A program made the translations under genes and the position numbers. From a virus (lineage: Duplodnaviria > Caudoviricetes), in IMG/VR virus record IMGVR_UViG_3300017912_001273, positions 1 to 64,000 of that record: DNA of 64,000 bases; one strand, given 5' to 3'. The stretch's first letter is position 1. Every line of letters starts with the position of its first letter. Below, in pieces: positions 38,084 to 48,143 of the stretch. The notes under the pieces were generated by a model, which saw only the letters and a list, made by a program, of their open reading frames with translations, had not been told where the DNA came from and made no database searches.

Positions 38084-38496
38084 TGAAAAAAAAGAAAGAA
38101 CAGTTAAAGGAACAAAATATATATTAGAAAATGGAAGATGGATTAAAGCTCCATCTACAGAATTAGATCCTCATGACCCAGATTATAGTTGGGATTGGGA
38201 TCTAGAAAATAGAAGATAATGAAAGAACATGTAAAAAACCTGGTGTGTCTCAAAGTTAATCATGCAATAGATATGTTGAATGAAATTGATATACACCCAG
38301 GTACTGATAGTAGAAAGCTGGATACAGCCATTATCTTATTAAATGAAGTTAAAAAATACTGTAAGTTATGACAGAAGAAGATTATGAATATAGGCAAGGT
38401 AGAAGTAAACGTCAATACAGAAACTCTGCAATAGCAGTAGTAGTAAGTGTTGTAAGTTTACTTTTATGTTGTCTTGTACAAGCAATAATATCATGA
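38073..38496 (+). other. Run of three coupled micro-ORFs (<60 aa), last with a TM helix
   Basis: MNHNEKKERTVKGTKYILENGRW...; MKEHVKNLVCLK...; MTEEDYEYRQGRSKRQ...VVVSVVSLLLCCLV. Confidence 0.5.
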
Positions 38497-38876
38497 AAGA
38501 TCAATTATTTGTAGAAGCCCGTGTTAAAAACGGTGAATTACATTTCCCTATAAAAGCTTATGAGATTAAGTTTAAAAACTTTCTTAAAGAGCAGCCTGAA
38601 AGCGTAAGGCTAGATATATTCATAGGTGTGAATGATAACAAAGGTAGTAACCCGCAGTTAGCAAGAATACATGCTATGATCAGAGAGATAGCTAATGAGA
38701 TAGGTCATACATTTGAAGAGGTAAAGCTACAAGTAAAACGTAGAGCAGGACTATGTTTTGTTAAAAACAATGTAGAGTTTTGTAAATCCTTTGCTAAATG
38801 TGATAAAGATGAACTAAACCTAGCTATACAAGCAGCTTTAGAAATAGGAGACTTTAGTGGTATGCAATTAAGATGA
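38493..38876 (+). CDS. NinB/YbcN-like recombination protein
   Basis: GSNPQLARIHAMIREIA...SFAKC; start at MKDQLF coupled to upstream micro-ORF. Confidence 0.6.
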   Translation: MKDQLFVEARVKNGELHFPIKAYEIKFKNFLKEQPESVRLDIFIGVNDNKGSNPQLARIHAMIREIANEIGHTFEEVKLQVKRRAGLCFVKNNVEFCKSFAKCDKDELNLAIQAALEIGDFSGMQLR

Positions 38877-39341
38877 GCTTATACCAATTTTATCTGCTAT
38901 ATCAACTATTTTTTTCCAGGCTTCAGTATCAAGTAAGTCTTGATCTTTATTGCCTTCATTAATAGCTTTAGCATTAGCTGTTATAGTTTCAACTAAATCA
39001 GCAGGTACTTCAACATCAACTTTTTTGACTAGACCTTGCTCTCTTGCTTCATATCTAAAATATTGAATTAGGGACATTAAGAAATATAGATGTCTTTGAA
39101 AGTCATTATCAAGACTCATGTCATCTGTTATTTCTTTTCCCTCAGCAGTATATGTAAGTATTTTTTCAATTTTAGCTATAATGTCAGGAATCTGCATCTG
39201 CTGTTCTTCAGAGGCATCAAGAATAAATTTTGATACAATTTGCTGAAGACCAATAATATATCTAGGATTAATAACTAAACCCTTCATATCTTTATCAAAG
39301 TTATAAGAGTCTATTTGCTGCTTTCTAGTATTTTCTGACAT
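38868..39341 (-). CDS. Hypothetical protein, sole inverted gene in the replication block
   Basis: 157-aa ORF; no comparable plus-strand ORF; TATATTTG box at 39360-39367 (minus). Confidence 0.75.
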   Translation of the reverse strand: MSENTRKQQIDSYNFDKDMKGLVINPRYIIGLQQIVSKFILDASEEQQMQIPDIIAKIEKILTYTAEGKEITDDMSLDNDFQRHLYFLMSLIQYFRYEAREQGLVKKVDVEVPADLVETITANAKAINEGNKDQDLLDTEAWKKIVDIADKIGISSS

Positions 39342-39366
39342 AATTATAGTAATTTAAAACAAATAT

Positions 39367-40050
39367 ATGGAAAAAATTAGTGTTGACATAGTAAAATTAA
39401 GAGAAAATTTAAATGAAAAACTAGAATCATCAGGTTGGGACAGAATGTTATCACCTTATGTAAATGGTTTGAACTTTGACTATATAGTAAATGCTTTAGT
39501 AGATAATGTTAATGCAGGTAAAAGATTTACCCCAAAATTTAAAAACATATTTAATGCATTTAAAGAGTGTCCATATGATGATCTAAAGGTTGTCATAGTA
39601 GGACAAGACCCTTATCCTCAGCTTGGAGTGGCTGATGGTATAGCATTTAGTTGCTCCAACAAAGGAAAAGCAGAAAAATCCTTACAGTATATAAATAAAG
39701 CATTAGGTACTAATCACATAGATTTAAGATGTTGGTCTAACCAGGGTGTGCTGTTAATAAATACAGCACTAACCGTGGAAGTCAATAAGATTGGATCACA
39801 TTATCACTTATGGAAAAGTTTTGATGAATATTTATTTGAAGGATTAAATAGATGTTGTCCTGATACTATCTTTATCCTTATGGGTAAGAAAGCAGAGGAA
39901 TGGCAAACCTATTTAACAAATTGTAAAGTTCTAAAATGTGCTCACCCAGCATCAGCTGCATATAGAGGTGGAGAATGGGATTGTAATGATGTCTTTAATA
40001 AGACAAATGAAATCCTGAAAAAGCAAAATAGAACTTGTATAAATTGGTAA
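39367..40050 (+). CDS. ung: Uracil-DNA glycosylase, family 1
   Basis: VVIVGQDPYP, GIAFS, QGVLLINTALTV, HPAS. Confidence 0.93.
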   Translation: MEKISVDIVKLRENLNEKLESSGWDRMLSPYVNGLNFDYIVNALVDNVNAGKRFTPKFKNIFNAFKECPYDDLKVVIVGQDPYPQLGVADGIAFSCSNKGKAEKSLQYINKALGTNHIDLRCWSNQGVLLINTALTVEVNKIGSHYHLWKSFDEYLFEGLNRCCPDTIFILMGKKAEEWQTYLTNCKVLKCAHPASAAYRGGEWDCNDVFNKTNEILKKQNRTCINW

Positions 40051-40088
40051 TTTTTCCTATATTTATAAACTTTAAAACCAACATGTAA

Positions 40089-40604
40089 ATGTCTGATTAT
40101 CACAAACATAGAGCAATAGAAGCGTTTAAACGTCATTTCAAAACAGAACATGGTGTTGATGTATATGTATTCCTTCCAAAAGTAACACATGCAAGATTTA
40201 AAGTAGATCTTAACCTACTTGAAAGCTGTACATACAATGCATTTATTAAAAATAACCCTGACTTAAAACATATTAAGTCAATGAAAGATAGAGTTAGAAC
40301 TAGAAGATTCATGGCTTATTATCAAGCAATGTGTCAAATTGCTTGGGTAGATGGTCATAGAAAAAATTATATAGCAAATTATCTTGGAAAAAATCATGCT
40401 TCAATAATAAATGCTATTAGACAGGCTGATAACTTCTTCTTCGCAGAAGATAAAGAGTTCTTGCATGCCTATAGAGAAATATTAAAACAAATTTTAAAAG
40501 ATGTGGGAACTATTCCAAAGAATCTTAAAGAGAAACTTAAGTCCAAATCAAGTGTTGATCCTATTTGGGATGAAGCAAGGCGTTTCATTGCCCAAGACAA
40601 CTGA
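40089..40604 (+). CDS. Protein with DnaA C-terminal-like HTH
   Basis: IANYLGKNHASIINAIR resembles the DnaA domain IV DHTTV helix. Confidence 0.6.
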   Translation: MSDYHKHRAIEAFKRHFKTEHGVDVYVFLPKVTHARFKVDLNLLESCTYNAFIKNNPDLKHIKSMKDRVRTRRFMAYYQAMCQIAWVDGHRKNYIANYLGKNHASIINAIRQADNFFFAEDKEFLHAYREILKQILKDVGTIPKNLKEKLKSKSSVDPIWDEARRFIAQDN

Positions 40605-41091
40605 TAAAGATAAAACTGAATTAGTAAACTTAGGATATTTAAACCTTGAAGATGGACAATATACACTGACAAGAGAAGCTAAGCTTCTGATAGTGTCACT
40701 TGATAATTATTTTATAAAAGCTAAGAAGAAGACTGATATCCAGCTTATGGGTAAGAATCATGTTGATAAGATAAATGCATACAGAGAGATATTTCCTGCT
40801 AAGAAACTACCTAGTGGTAAACCAGCAAGGAATAATGTAAAAGCTCTTGGTGAAGCATTTAGATGGTTCTTTGAAACATATGATTACACATGGGATGATA
40901 TAATAAATGCTACTAAAATGTATGTAAATGAGTACAGGGACAAAGAGTATATGTATATGCAAACTAGTCAGTACTTCATATGCAAACAAGATAAGCATAG
41001 AGTAAAGCATTCTACATTAGCTGACTACTGTGATATGATACTAGAAGGTATCAGCACAGAAGATGAACACTTTAAAGAAAATGTTGTATGA
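40501..41091 (+). CDS. Putative replication initiator/helicase partner
   Basis: wHTH-like N-terminus; YREIFP...ATKMYV...YFI; coupled to dnaB. Confidence 0.5.
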   Translation: MWELFQRILKRNLSPNQVLILFGMKQGVSLPKTTDKDKTELVNLGYLNLEDGQYTLTREAKLLIVSLDNYFIKAKKKTDIQLMGKNHVDKINAYREIFPAKKLPSGKPARNNVKALGEAFRWFFETYDYTWDDIINATKMYVNEYRDKEYMYMQTSQYFICKQDKHRVKHSTLADYCDMILEGISTEDEHFKENVV

Positions 41092-42044
41092 AAAAGACCA
41101 CAGATGCATGGATTGGACAATATGCAGCCTTTAATGAGGCACTTAAATATATGTATGCTAGATCTACCGGTGAGGAAAAATCTATATATACGCCCTGGCC
41201 AAAGTTCAATGATGCTACTACTGATGGTTTAGAATGGAATACACTAACTGTTATTGGTGGTAGGCCTGGCTCAGGTAAAACACTAATAAAAGATCAAATA
41301 GTAAGAGAATCATTCTTACTTAATCCAAATGATAAATTCAGAGTTTTAGAATTTCAATTTGAGATGGTAGGAAGAACCTCAGCTATTAGAGAGTTTAGTT
41401 CAATTACAGGTAAAACCTATAAAGAACTATGTAGTGCAGGGTCAACACTTTCTTCAGATGTATTAAATCAATGTCATTTGTATGCTAAAGAAAGAGTTAA
41501 GTATCCTGTTGATATTGTATCTACTCCTATGACTGTAAATCAAATGCGTGAACAAATAGATAGATATATGAATCATCACAAGGGTATACCAACAATAGTA
41601 ACGTTGGATCACAGTATGCTGGTTAAAAGAGCACCATATCAGAATAGTACATTAGATATGCTATTTGAGTTAGGTGAGTTCTTTACACAGTGTAAAAGAG
41701 ATTATCCATGTTTATTCATTTGTTTATCACAGTTGAACCGTAACATTGATAATCCAGATAGGGCTATAGATGGCAAGTATGGTAACTATATTCTTGAGTC
41801 AGATATATTTGGCTCAGATGCAATGCTACAGCATGCAGATACTTTAATAGGTATTAACAGGCCAGCAAAGCAGAAAATTAGATACTATGGTCCTGATAGA
41901 TATATAATTGAAAATGATAGGACATTGGTATTACATTTCTTAAAAGCCAGAAATGGTGATGCAAGAATGTCATTCTTTAGAGCAAAGTTTGAACAAATGC
42001 AAATAGAAGAGATGCCAACTCCAGGACAACAAGAAAGAAGATGA
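41088..42044 (+). CDS. dnaB: DnaB-like replicative helicase (ATPase domain only, 318 aa)
   Basis: GGRPGSGKT, FQFEM, TLDH, LSQLNR, DIFGSD, LKARNG. Confidence 0.92.
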   Translation: MKKTTDAWIGQYAAFNEALKYMYARSTGEEKSIYTPWPKFNDATTDGLEWNTLTVIGGRPGSGKTLIKDQIVRESFLLNPNDKFRVLEFQFEMVGRTSAIREFSSITGKTYKELCSAGSTLSSDVLNQCHLYAKERVKYPVDIVSTPMTVNQMREQIDRYMNHHKGIPTIVTLDHSMLVKRAPYQNSTLDMLFELGEFFTQCKRDYPCLFICLSQLNRNIDNPDRAIDGKYGNYILESDIFGSDAMLQHADTLIGINRPAKQKIRYYGPDRYIIENDRTLVLHFLKARNGDARMSFFRAKFEQMQIEEMPTPGQQERR

Positions 42045-42589
42045 TAAATACTAAGAATATAAATAAAAGTAAGATGGGACTAACACCAGAGCAACGCAAA
42101 GTAAAAGTTGCAAAATTAAGAGAAGAGCATGAAGATTACTTTCAGACAGAAGGTAAGATAAATGCACTATATATACCTAAGATGGCTTACAGGCCAACAG
42201 GTAAAGATGACTTACATGTATCATTCTTCCCAAGTGAGCTTGAGAAAAATGAGGATATATATACTGAGTTTGTGAGTATAGATTATGAAAGTGAAGATCC
42301 TAAAAGGACTCTTTATCTACATAAATATAATCCACATTGGAAAGATGAATATGAAATGATTACATCTAGCTCAGGATTTCAAAGACATATCATACCTGTA
42401 AGTGAATTGAAAGTTATTAATGATGTAACTAGTAGAGCAGGAAGTCAGATTATTGACTTTGCAAATCCAAACTTACCTAACCCTGATGAAAATATAGTTT
42501 CAGAAGATAGTAAGCTGATTGATAAATTAGAAGATATTAATCAGTCAATAATAACATTAACAAAAGTAATAAATAAATTAATTAAATAA
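42041..42589 (+). CDS. Hypothetical protein
   Basis: ORF track. Confidence 0.7.
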   Translation: MINTKNINKSKMGLTPEQRKVKVAKLREEHEDYFQTEGKINALYIPKMAYRPTGKDDLHVSFFPSELEKNEDIYTEFVSIDYESEDPKRTLYLHKYNPHWKDEYEMITSSSGFQRHIIPVSELKVINDVTSRAGSQIIDFANPNLPNPDENIVSEDSKLIDKLEDINQSIITLTKVINKLIK

Positions 42590-43272
42590 TGGCACAAAGT
42601 ATTTTAGTTATTGCTGATTCAGGTACAGGAAAGTCTACCTCTATCAGAAATTTAGATCCAAAAGAGACTTTCATTATAAATATTGCTAATAAACCTTTGC
42701 CTTTTAAAGGTTGGAAAAGCAAGTATACACAAATAAGTAAAGATAACCCAAAAGGTAATCTTACTTCAGCTGCTACAGCTGCTGGTATCATTAAAGCTAT
42801 GAAGCATGTTAATGATAAAATGCCAGAAGTCAAAACAATTGTTGTTGATGACTGGCAATATATGAGTTCTTTTGAGTATTTTGATAGAGCACAGGAGAAA
42901 GGTTATGATAAGTTTACTCAGATTGCATCCAACTTAGCTATGGTTGCAAAGCTTCCAAAAGATCTGAGAGATGACTTAACAGTTTTCTTCTTAACTCATT
43001 CAGAAGATTCAACAGATATCAATGGTAATAGGAAAGTGAAAGCAAAAACAATTGGTAAAATGATTGATAATGCCTTAACTTTGGAAGGTCTATTCTCTAT
43101 TGTATTATTTGGTAGAGCTAAGAAAAATGATGATGATGGTCTTGACTATGGTTTTGAAACACAAAACAATGGAGAGAACACATGTAAATCACCAATGGGT
43201 ATGTTTGAGGATTTCTTCATTCCTAATGACCTACAGTATGTAAAAGAGTGCATACAGAAATATGAAGAGTAA
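42589..43272 (+). CDS. AAA_24/Sak4-like P-loop ATPase
   Basis: ADSGTGKSTS, IVVDD, FLTH, KTIGKM, CKSPMG; precedes SSB-like gene. Confidence 0.85.
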   Translation: MAQSILVIADSGTGKSTSIRNLDPKETFIINIANKPLPFKGWKSKYTQISKDNPKGNLTSAATAAGIIKAMKHVNDKMPEVKTIVVDDWQYMSSFEYFDRAQEKGYDKFTQIASNLAMVAKLPKDLRDDLTVFFLTHSEDSTDINGNRKVKAKTIGKMIDNALTLEGLFSIVLFGRAKKNDDDGLDYGFETQNNGENTCKSPMGMFEDFFIPNDLQYVKECIQKYEE

Positions 43273-43304
43273 TTAATTAATAAATAAATTTTAAAAAGTA
43301 AATT

Positions 43305-43979
43305 ATGTTAAGTACAAAAGACATGTCTGCAGGGTCAGGCAGTATTAAGCCAGTTCTTGGTCCAGGTAACCAAGTTGTTAGAATCAATTCAATTTCATTT
43401 GATCAAACACCATATGATGCAGATGCATACAATATTGTATTGCATGTTGAGTCAGAGCCAATACAAGGAGAATTTCAAGGTTTCTTGAAAGATATGAATA
43501 ATCCAAATGGTCCACGTTATGAAGGCCAAGTTGGTAGAGTTAGGTTCTCACCTTATCCGTACAAAGATGCTACATTACCAAGCGGTAGAGAAGTATCTAG
43601 AGATACAGAGGTATTGAAAGCTATGGTATATTTATCAGAGGTTCTTGATAAGAGAGAAGCCCTTGATAAGATTGAGGCACAAACAATTGAAAACTTCATG
43701 GTAGAATGTAATAAGTTATTCTCTAATAGTGAGTTCTTCAATGCATGTTTGGGTGCACGTGAATGGGAAAATAAAGAAGGTTATATTAATAATGATTTAT
43801 TCTTACCAAGAATGAGTAAGGATGGGATTCCATTGGAAGCAATAGGTAAAGAGAATTCTAGACTTCTTACATTTGACAGTAATAATACTAATCATCTAAG
43901 AAAATTAGAGAAAAAAGAGGCAGTAGCAACATCTACTTTTGAACCTGCAGCAGCTGCAGGGGATGATTTTGATCTCTAA
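43305..43979 (+). CDS. Single-stranded DNA-binding-like protein
   Basis: Follows Sak4-like ATPase; acidic-hydrophobic tail GDDFDL; terminator. Confidence 0.6.
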   Translation: MLSTKDMSAGSGSIKPVLGPGNQVVRINSISFDQTPYDADAYNIVLHVESEPIQGEFQGFLKDMNNPNGPRYEGQVGRVRFSPYPYKDATLPSGREVSRDTEVLKAMVYLSEVLDKREALDKIEAQTIENFMVECNKLFSNSEFFNACLGAREWENKEGYINNDLFLPRMSKDGIPLEAIGKENSRLLTFDSNNTNHLRKLEKKEAVATSTFEPAAAAGDDFDL

Positions 43980-43987
43980 TATAAACC

Positions 43988-44027
43988 AAAAGAGTGGGCT
44001 CAGTTAACGCTGGGCCCATTTCTTTTT
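43988..44027 (+). terminator. Rho-independent terminator
   Basis: GTGGGCTCAG-TTAACG-CTGGGCCCAT then TTCTTTTT. Confidence 0.8.
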
Positions 44028-44041
44028 AATATATTTGGATC

Positions 44042-45019
44042 ATGTTTAACACTAAAAACTTTGTATTAGAAGGTTCAGATGTTCCAAGCACGTGGGTATT
44101 TCAGTACTATTTAGAGCTACCAGAAAGACTAACAGGTCAAGACATTAAGATTAAGTCTATATTTAATCCTAATGAGAGAACACCAAGCTTTTGCATATAT
44201 GTAGATAAATCTATAATGCAGTATAAGTTTAAAGATTTCTCAACTGGTAAGAATGGAAGTAAGGTTGATTTAGTTAAAGAACTATTTAATCTAGAGTTTC
44301 ATGAGGCAATGAATAAGATAGTACAAGATTATAATACGTACATCAAATCATCTGACTATAAAGATATCAAGATAAAACCAGCAGCTAGATGGAAAGTAGA
44401 TTACATCAAGGAAAGAGGTTGGACTATTGAAGATAGAAAGTTTTGGTTATCATTTAGGATAGGTAAAACTATGTTAGAAAAGTATAACGTTAGACCTATA
44501 GATTATTATAATCTAGTTAAGGAAGAAGAAGATGGTATAAAAAAGTTAAAGATAGGTAGCAAGTGGTGCTATGGTTACTTTGATAAGGATGGTAATGTCT
44601 ATAAGATATATCAACCTAAGAGTAAAAAAAACAAATTCTTTAAAGTTAAGTCTCATCTTCAAGGGTATGATCAGCTTCAGTATAATAAACCATATCTTGT
44701 GATATGTTCATCACTTAAAGATGCAATGTGTCTTAAAGGTATAGGTTATAATATTGAGGTAATTAGCCCTGACTCAGAAAATACTATGATTAAACCACAC
44801 ATAGTAGAGTACCTGAAAAAGAAATATAAAAAGGTAATAACAGTTTTTGATAATGATGAAGCGGGTAAGCATGCAATCAAAAGATATCATGATACATATA
44901 ATATACATGGTGTATATCCTACACTAAGTAAAGATGTATCAGATGCTATGAAAGAGTATGGACTAAAAGAAGTTCATGCAATGCTTAAACCTTTATTAAA
45001 GGAAACACTAAATAAATAA
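44042..45019 (+). CDS. DNA primase, crAss-like (TOPRIM)
   Basis: ERTPSF, FKDFSTG, KIYQP, VICSSLKD, FDNDEAG, KDVSD. Confidence 0.85.
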   Translation: MFNTKNFVLEGSDVPSTWVFQYYLELPERLTGQDIKIKSIFNPNERTPSFCIYVDKSIMQYKFKDFSTGKNGSKVDLVKELFNLEFHEAMNKIVQDYNTYIKSSDYKDIKIKPAARWKVDYIKERGWTIEDRKFWLSFRIGKTMLEKYNVRPIDYYNLVKEEEDGIKKLKIGSKWCYGYFDKDGNVYKIYQPKSKKNKFFKVKSHLQGYDQLQYNKPYLVICSSLKDAMCLKGIGYNIEVISPDSENTMIKPHIVEYLKKKYKKVITVFDNDEAGKHAIKRYHDTYNIHGVYPTLSKDVSDAMKEYGLKEVHAMLKPLLKETLNK

Positions 45020-45020
45020 T

Positions 45021-45413
45021 ATGCATAAACATAGATGGTTCATACCAGGTAATGTTCCCAGTAGCAAGAATGGTAGAAGATGGACCGGTAAATATTTTAT
45101 TGCTAGTAAAGCTGTAGTTAACTACAGAAAAGCTACTAAAGAATATTATGCTAAATATGCAGATGATTTTAAAAGTGAAGTTGCTAAACAAAAATTACCA
45201 GTAAAGATTTCCTTTGAGTTTATAAGGGGTACAAGACATAAGTTTGATTATATTAATCCTGCACAGACAGTACAAGATGATATGGTTAAACATGGATGGA
45301 TTGAAGATGATAATGCTGAGTTTATTATACCAGCATTTGAACAATATTCTTATGATAAGAAAAACCCAGGCGTATGGATAGAATTAATAATAGAAAATGA
45401 CAAAGAACTTTAA
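45021..45413 (+). CDS. RusA-like Holliday junction resolvase
   Basis: IPGNVPSSKN, KFDYINPAQTVQDDMV..GWIEDDN. Confidence 0.75.
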   Translation: MHKHRWFIPGNVPSSKNGRRWTGKYFIASKAVVNYRKATKEYYAKYADDFKSEVAKQKLPVKISFEFIRGTRHKFDYINPAQTVQDDMVKHGWIEDDNAEFIIPAFEQYSYDKKNPGVWIELIIENDKEL

Positions 45414-45708
45414 AAGAAAAATAATTACAGCTGAAGAGTTTTTTAGACTCAAAGAAATGTTTATGGGTGCTGAAGAAGATCAGGCTATAGCAGTACAAGT
45501 ATATAAAAATAGTGGGTTTGCAGATAAAGAAATTGTAGATCTACTAATGGCTAAAGCACTAGTCTTTGAACCCAGAAGAAAATTTTGTGATGCAATAAAA
45601 TTCACATTTAATCTGCCCTCTAATAAAGAAATATATGCTTATATGGAGGAACATGAAGCAGAAGAAGTATACTATAAAATTTTAAGAGATATGGGATATG
45701 ATACATAA
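45397..45708 (+). CDS. Small helical protein of the MoxR/vWA locus
   Basis: ITAEEFFRLKEMFMGAEEDQAIAVQ motif shared with 48144 and 49169 ORFs. Confidence 0.7.
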   Translation: MTKNFKRKIITAEEFFRLKEMFMGAEEDQAIAVQVYKNSGFADKEIVDLLMAKALVFEPRRKFCDAIKFTFNLPSNKEIYAYMEEHEAEEVYYKILRDMGYDT

Positions 45709-46864
45709 TATTCAAGAGCTAGTTTCTAGAACTACTAAAACATTAATTTTTTCTGAGCCCTTCTACGGGCTCTTTTTAATTGGACTTAATAAAGAGTACA
45801 TTACTACTATACCTACTGCAGGTGTAAGTAAAAAAAATATAGGTGTCCAATTATCTATAAACCCTGAGTTCTTTACAGAGCTTAGTGAAGATCATAGATA
45901 TGGTCTTATAAAACATGAAATACTACATATTAGTTTTGGCCATATGGTTATGAGAGATTTATATAGTGATAAAAAGTTATTCAATATAGCTGCAGATCTA
46001 GAGATCAATCAATATATAGCAAGTCATCATTTACCTGAAGGCGGACTAATGCTTAGTAGTTTTCCTGAACTTAATCTTCCTGAGAGAGCTGGTACTAAAA
46101 CATATTATGATTTATTACAACAGGCTAGAGAAGATGGTACATGCCCAAGTTTAGATAACTTGATGAGTCAAATGGATGGTAATTCACAATATTGTCATGC
46201 AGGATGGGATGAGATAGAAGATTTATCAGAAGCAGATAAGAAACTATTACAAAAGCAGATAGAACATCAGATTAAAGAGAGTGCTGAACAGACACAGAAG
46301 AAACATGGTACAGTGCCTGGTGAGCTAGCAGAGCTTATTAATAGACTTTTAAATGTAGAACCACCCAAGTTTGATTGGAAAGGTTACCTAAGAAGATTTG
46401 TAGGAAATTCTAGTGTAGTATATACAAAAAAGCTGAGACGTAAGTATAATAAAAGATACTCAGCAAATCCAGGACTTAAGATTAAATTTAAGAATCACAT
46501 CCTTGTTGGTGTTGACACAAGTGGATCTGTAAATAGTGAAGAGCTAAAGGAATTCTTTAGTGAACTTACACACATGCATAAAACAGGACATAAGATTACA
46601 GTAGCACAGTGTGATACTGAATTGAAAAGTGTTAAAGAGTTTAATCCAAATAAAGATTGGGAAATACATGGTCGTGGTGGAACTAGTTTCCAACCAGTAA
46701 TTGATCACTATAATGAAAAGAAGGGGAGATATACTGCCCTTGTATACTTAACAGATGGTGAAGCTTATACACCAGAAGACTGCCCAAAAAATACCTTATG
46801 GGTACATAGCAGTGTTTCTAGTATAAATGATGAATTACCAGGATTAAAAATAAAATTAAATTAA
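45698..46864 (+). CDS. DUF2201-like metallopeptidase (HExxH) + vWA domain
   Basis: KHEILH, NIAADLEIN, MIDAS VDTSGS, GRGGT, YLTDG. Confidence 0.9.
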   Translation: MIHNIQELVSRTTKTLIFSEPFYGLFLIGLNKEYITTIPTAGVSKKNIGVQLSINPEFFTELSEDHRYGLIKHEILHISFGHMVMRDLYSDKKLFNIAADLEINQYIASHHLPEGGLMLSSFPELNLPERAGTKTYYDLLQQAREDGTCPSLDNLMSQMDGNSQYCHAGWDEIEDLSEADKKLLQKQIEHQIKESAEQTQKKHGTVPGELAELINRLLNVEPPKFDWKGYLRRFVGNSSVVYTKKLRRKYNKRYSANPGLKIKFKNHILVGVDTSGSVNSEELKEFFSELTHMHKTGHKITVAQCDTELKSVKEFNPNKDWEIHGRGGTSFQPVIDHYNEKKGRYTALVYLTDGEAYTPEDCPKNTLWVHSSVSSINDELPGLKIKLN

Positions 46865-46870
46865 ATAAAA

Positions 46871-48142
46871 ATGCAAGTAAATTTAAATGTAACAGAGCTA
46901 AAAGGTTTTATTAACCACATTATTGAGAATAATAGATTTTTACAAGAGCAAGGTAAAGGACCAGTATCAGTAGAAGTTGTAGGTGAATCAGGTATTGGTA
47001 AAACATCTACAATTGTTGAGCTAGCAAAGGATAATAATTTAAACTTTGTAAAGCTTAATCTTGCTCAGATTGAGGAGATAGGTGATCTTGTAGGTTTTCC
47101 TGTTCGTCAATTCCAAATGTATAAAGAAAAGCAGGTCACTGTAAAAAACACACCTGATAATTTAGCCATGGTAACAGCAACTCAAAGAGCAGCTGGTGCT
47201 AGTCTAGCTAATCTAAACACAACAGTAACCAAAAAGGTTGGTCAGTGGGTAGATGAACTTGCCGTACAAGAGTATCTAAAGAATGGATACAAAATGACAG
47301 GTAAGAACAGAATGTCTTATTGTGCACCAGAATGGATTGCTGATAAGAAAGAAGGAGGCATTCTATTACTAGATGATTGGAACCGTGCAGATACAAGATT
47401 TATCCAAGCAGTTATGGAATTGGTGGATAGACAGACTTATATTTCATGGACTCTTCCAAAAGATTGGCATATTATTCTTACAGCAAATCCAGATAATGGA
47501 GACTATATGGTAAATAGTGTTGACTCAGCACAGAAGACTAGATATATTACAGCAAATCTAAAGTTTGATGTAAATGTTTGGGCACAATGGGCAGAGGGAG
47601 CTAATATAGATACAAGATGTATTAACTTCTTGTTACTACACCCAGAGCTTGTAACACAAGAAACAAATGCAAGATCCATCACAACTTTCTTTAATGCTAT
47701 TTCTAGCTTTGAGAAGTTTGAAGACAGTCTCCCTATGATCCAAATGATTGGTGAAGGTAGTGTTGGTGATGCTTTTGCATCTATGTTTACTACCTTTATT
47801 AATAATAAGTTAGACAAGCTTGTAACACCTGTAGATTTATTGACTCATGATAATGAGCAATATATTCTTAATGAGTTAAGAAGTTGCATAGGTAAAGATG
47901 ATACTTACCGTGCAGATATTGCATCTACATTGGCTACAAGGCTTGGTAACTATGCTGTAGTATACTCTAAAGAGAATACAGTAACACAGAAGATCACTGA
48001 TAGATTGAAGACTTTATGTACTGCAGATTATTTTACTAATGATCTTAAGTACTTAATTGTCAGAACAATCTTTAACGGTAATAAAAAGAAGTTTAATAAA
48101 CTAATGATGATCCCTGAGATCATTCAAATGACAATGAAGTAA
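46871..48142 (+). CDS. MoxR-like AAA+ ATPase
   Basis: GESGIGKT, LLLDDWNRA, LPKDWHIILTANP, AQKTRY; next to vWA gene. Confidence 0.88.
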   Translation: MQVNLNVTELKGFINHIIENNRFLQEQGKGPVSVEVVGESGIGKTSTIVELAKDNNLNFVKLNLAQIEEIGDLVGFPVRQFQMYKEKQVTVKNTPDNLAMVTATQRAAGASLANLNTTVTKKVGQWVDELAVQEYLKNGYKMTGKNRMSYCAPEWIADKKEGGILLLDDWNRADTRFIQAVMELVDRQTYISWTLPKDWHIILTANPDNGDYMVNSVDSAQKTRYITANLKFDVNVWAQWAEGANIDTRCINFLLLHPELVTQETNARSITTFFNAISSFEKFEDSLPMIQMIGEGSVGDAFASMFTTFINNKLDKLVTPVDLLTHDNEQYILNELRSCIGKDDTYRADIASTLATRLGNYAVVYSKENTVTQKITDRLKTLCTADYFTNDLKYLIVRTIFNGNKKKFNKLMMIPEIIQMTMK

Positions 48143-48143
48143 T

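Noticed and set aside
38083-38100. Apparent A8 slippage/frameshift after ATG at 38083
   Set aside because: An in-frame ATG at 38073 gives the complete micro-ORF without a frameshift.
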